Of a DNA stretch of 64,000 nucleotides, positions 61,595 to 64,000 are shown one piece after another. Under the pieces are notes generated by a model. The model was given only the letters and a program-made list of their open reading frames with translations, was not told the DNA's origin and did no database searches. A program made the translations under genes and the position numbers. Origin of the DNA: Gemmatimonadales bacterium (lineage in GTDB: Bacteria > Gemmatimonadota > Gemmatimonadetes > Gemmatimonadales > JACORV01). Location of the stretch: assembly GCA_049513575.1 (NCBI GenBank), contig JBEKVZ010000004.1, forward strand, positions 3,152-67,151. Reading direction: 5' to 3'. Position 1 is the first letter of the stretch, and each line of letters opens with the position of its first letter.

Positions 61595-62809
61595 TCACGC
61601 GGCTCCGCGCGCGCGGCTCGCCTGCGCGCGCCACCGGTCGTGCTGGCGCGCCCCCGAGCCGCCGATCACGCGGTTGGCGTCCAGCACCTTGAAGATCAGC
61701 ACGGCCAGCACCGCGTTCACCGCCGTCAGCAGCAGCGCGTACCCGATGCCGAACCGGACGCCGGCCGCCTCGAGCGCCCACACGACGACCGCGACAACCA
61801 TCACGAACACCAGCGCGATCGGCAGGAGCACCTTCCAGCCGAGGTCCATCAGCTGGTCGAAGCGGAACCGCGGCAGCGTCCAGCGCACCCAGATGTACGC
61901 GAACATGAAGAACAGCACCTTCGCCCAGAAGGCGGCGAAGGTCGCGACGAACTTGAGCACGGTCCACGGCGGGGTGTTGTCCCACGCCGTGAACGGGATG
62001 TCCCAGCCGCCGAAGAAGAGCGTGACCATCAGCGCCGAGGCCGTGACCATGTTCGAGTACTCGGCGATGTAGAACATGGAGAACTTCATCGCGGAGTACT
62101 CGGTGTGGTAACCGGCGATCAGCTCGGCCTCCGCCTCCGGCAGGTCGAATGGCAGGCGGTTCGTCTCGGCGAAGCTCGACACCAGGAAGGTGAAGAACGC
62201 CACGAACAGCGGCAGCACGAACCAGAGGCTCTGCTGCTGCCGCGCCACGATCTCGTTCATCGTGATGTTGCCGGCCAGCACCAGCACCGCGACCGCCGAG
62301 AGCCCCATCGAGACTTCATACGAGATCAGCTGCGCCGAGCCCCTCAGCCCGCCCAGCAGCGAGTACTTGTTGTTCGACGACCACCCCGCGAGCACCACGC
62401 CGTACACGCCCAGCGAGCCGATGGCCAGGATGTACAGGAATCCGACCGGCAGGTCGGCGATCGCCGTGTTCACCAGCCCCCACGGCGTCGGCAGCGGGGA
62501 GGCGAACGGCACCACCGCGAAGGTGATCAGCGCGGGGGTGAAGGCCAACATGGGGGCGAGGACGAACAGGATGCGGTCGGAGAACGGCGGGAGCGTCTCT
62601 TCCTTGAAGAAGTTCTTGAGCCCGTCCGCCACCGGCTGGAACAGGCCCTCGGGGCCGACCCGATTCGGCCCGAGCCGGTTCTGGATGAAGCCGCAGACCC
62701 GGCGCTCCACCAGCGTCCAGAACGCGATCAGCCCCAGCAGGCCGCCGAACACCACCAGGATCTTGACGATCGAGATCCACAAGAAGGCGTCGCCGCTCAC
62801 GGGGGTCAT
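61595..62809 (-). CDS. nuoH: NADH-quinone oxidoreductase subunit H
   Basis: 404 aa. ERRVCGFIQNRLGPNRVGP, GWSSNNKYSLLGGLRGSAQLISYEV, FAETNRLPFDLPEAEAELIAGYHTEYS. ATG 62809 overlaps the nuoG stop (ATGA). Confidence 0.9.
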   Translation of the reverse strand: MTPVSGDAFLWISIVKILVVFGGLLGLIAFWTLVERRVCGFIQNRLGPNRVGPEGLFQPVADGLKNFFKEETLPPFSDRILFVLAPMLAFTPALITFAVVPFASPLPTPWGLVNTAIADLPVGFLYILAIGSLGVYGVVLAGWSSNNKYSLLGGLRGSAQLISYEVSMGLSAVAVLVLAGNITMNEIVARQQQSLWFVLPLFVAFFTFLVSSFAETNRLPFDLPEAEAELIAGYHTEYSAMKFSMFYIAEYSNMVTASALMVTLFFGGWDIPFTAWDNTPPWTVLKFVATFAAFWAKVLFFMFAYIWVRWTLPRFRFDQLMDLGWKVLLPIALVFVMVVAVVVWALEAAGVRFGIGYALLLTAVNAVLAVLIFKVLDANRVIGGSGARQHDRWRAQASRARGAA

Positions 62810-64000
62810 GCGGGCGCTCCCGCCGTGTGACCGGCCGCCTCGAGGATCGCGCCGAATATCCAGGCCGCCGGGCGCGCCATCCCGGGCGGAGTCTTTGCCT
62901 GCGCGTAGCGTTGGCGGACGCCGCGGAGGTTCTCGAAGGTCCCCTCCTCTTCCGCCATGTTGGCGCACGGCAGCACGACCGCAGCGGCGCGCGCGGCCTC
63001 CGGGAGGACCGTCCCGACGAAGATGAGCTCGCCGGCCGCGAGCGGTTGGGCGAGGCCCGAGAGGTCTTCGTCCAGCACGAGCACCAGGCCGGAGCGGCCG
63101 GCGGCGTCCACGGTCGCCGCCCAGTCGCGGGTGAAGCCGGCGCTGAGTGCGCCGTTCACGTTGGGGGAGCGCTCCTTCCGCAGCGCCAGATCGGGCACGC
63201 CGGCCAGCGGGGCCTCCGGGCCCTCCGCCACGCGGAAAGCACCACCTCCACCGTGGGTCTTCAGGAGCCGCCCAGCCGCCTCGAGCGCCTCGCACGAGGC
63301 CCCCGGAGAGACCAGGCCGACCCAGGAGCCGCGCGCCGAGCGGATCACCTCGGCGACGCGCGCAAGCGCCTGCTCCCAGTCCACCGGCACGAGCCGCCCG
63401 TCGCGCCGGACCAGCGGCGCCTCGATCCGGTCGGACCGGTTGAGCCAGGCGTAGTTCAGCCGCCCGTGGTCGCACATGAACCAGCGGTTGATCGAGGGAT
63501 TGGGCCGCGGCTTCACCCGGAGCACCGCGTTGTCGCGCGTCTCCAGCGTGACGTTGCATCCCTGCGTGCAGCCGGGGCAGACCGACGGCGTCTTGTCGAG
63601 GTCCCAGGCCCGCGCCTTGTGCAGGAAGTCCTTCGACAGGAGCGAGCCCACGGGGCACAGGTCCACCACGTTCCCCGCCCAGGGGTGGTCGAGGGGCCGG
63701 CCGTCGAAGACGCCGATGTGGGCGCGGTCGCCCCGCTCCTCGACGTTGAGCGTCGGCTCCCGCGCCACGTCCTCCATGAAGCGCACGCACCGCGTGCACA
63801 GGATGCAGCGATTGGGGACGTACAGCACGTCGGGGCCGAACGTCTCGACCGGGTTGAAGCGCTTCGGGTAGTCCGCGTAGCGGCCCGACGCCCTGCCCTC
63901 CTGCGACGTGAAGTCCTGCAGCTCGCACTCGCCGGCCTGATCGCAGATCGGGCAGTCGAGGGGATGGTTGATGAGGAGGAACTCCAGGACGGCGCGGCGC
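62806..64000 (-). CDS. nuoG: NADH-quinone oxidoreductase subunit G (5' end outside the window)
   Basis: The frame stays open to nt 63999 (RRAVLEFLLINHPLDCPICDQAGECELQDF...CILCTRCVRF...). The listed 340-aa ORF starts at an internal GTG. Confidence 0.85.
   Translation of the reverse strand, partial: RRAVLEFLLINHPLDCPICDQAGECELQDFTSQEGRASGRYADYPKRFNPVETFGPDVLYVPNRCILCTRCVRFMEDVAREPTLNVEERGDRAHIGVFDGRPLDHPWAGNVVDLCPVGSLLSKDFLHKARAWDLDKTPSVCPGCTQGCNVTLETRDNAVLRVKPRPNPSINRWFMCDHGRLNYAWLNRSDRIEAPLVRRDGRLVPVDWEQALARVAEVIRSARGSWVGLVSPGASCEALEAAGRLLKTHGGGGAFRVAEGPEAPLAGVPDLALRKERSPNVNGALSAGFTRDWAATVDAAGRSGLVLVLDEDLSGLAQPLAAGELIFVGTVLPEAARAAAVVLPCANMAEEEGTFENLRGVRQRYAQAKTPPGMARPAAWIFGAILEAAGHTAGAPA

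Noticed and set aside
62806-63828. NuoG as a complete 340-aa protein starting at 63828.
   Set aside because: The frame continues upstream to the window edge and encodes the conserved NHPLDCPICDQAGEC Fe-S motif. The gene is truncated by the window, not short.

Overview
The window is very GC-rich (judged by eye, not computed) and densely packed with bacterial chromosomal genes. I call 65 CDS (two of them partial, one at each window edge) and one tRNA. I found no rRNA, CRISPR array, prophage, transposase or recognisable defence or toxin-antitoxin module.

The gene content points to a diderm, most plausibly Gemmatimonadota; this is inference only. The supporting content is the Kdo/Lpt LPS genes, rpoN, the futalosine menaquinone genes mqnA/C/E, a UPF0182 membrane protein, an M56-TonB_C sensor, CarbopepD_reg proteins, and nuoG-N.

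Layout:
- Nt 1-17060 carry only plus-strand genes: blaI/blaR1-like pair, two CarbopepD_reg proteins, an esterase, a SET-domain protein, DUF512-der-plsY-gpsA-merR-GT2-surE-pcm-dedA-acyP, tRNA-Arg, a TPR-like protein and an RCC1-repeat protein.
- Nt 17330-64000 carry 46 consecutive minus-strand genes: nuoG-N, PMM/PGM, UPF0182, arcC, sucCD, an EIIA-CBS fusion, ndk, yceD-rpmF-plsX-fabHDG-acpP-fabF, mqnE-mqnA-mqnC, purE, ispF, xerD, trpG/pabA, kdsB-pyrG-kdsA-kdsC-kdsD-lptC-lptA-lptB-rpoN, a five-gene glycosylation module and dapF.
- The two blocks converge on an AT-rich 28-mer (17252-17279) that looks like a XerCD dif site, so this is probably the replication terminus.

Most interesting observations:
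1. The dif candidate.
2. A CsbB/YfhO-type polyprenyl-phosphate glycosylation module fused onto the Kdo-Lpt-rpoN operon, inside a 15-gene array with no gap larger than 5 nt.
3. A BlaI/BlaR1-TonB_C sensor next to two TonB-box proteins that lack a beta-barrel.
4. Two families of short repeat elements sitting exactly at gene junctions. They appear to be translated, one as the LptC signal peptide and the other as N-terminal extensions supplying the start codons of PurE and FabD.
5. Domain oddities: a ~150-aa N-terminal extension on LptB, a Lys-rich repeat tail on SucD, a CX5CX2C motif in MqnE, and a PtsN-like EIIA fused to a CBS pair.

Start codons were chosen by hand from frame-checked coordinates and start/stop overlaps. 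All functional calls rest on motif recognition, not database searches.
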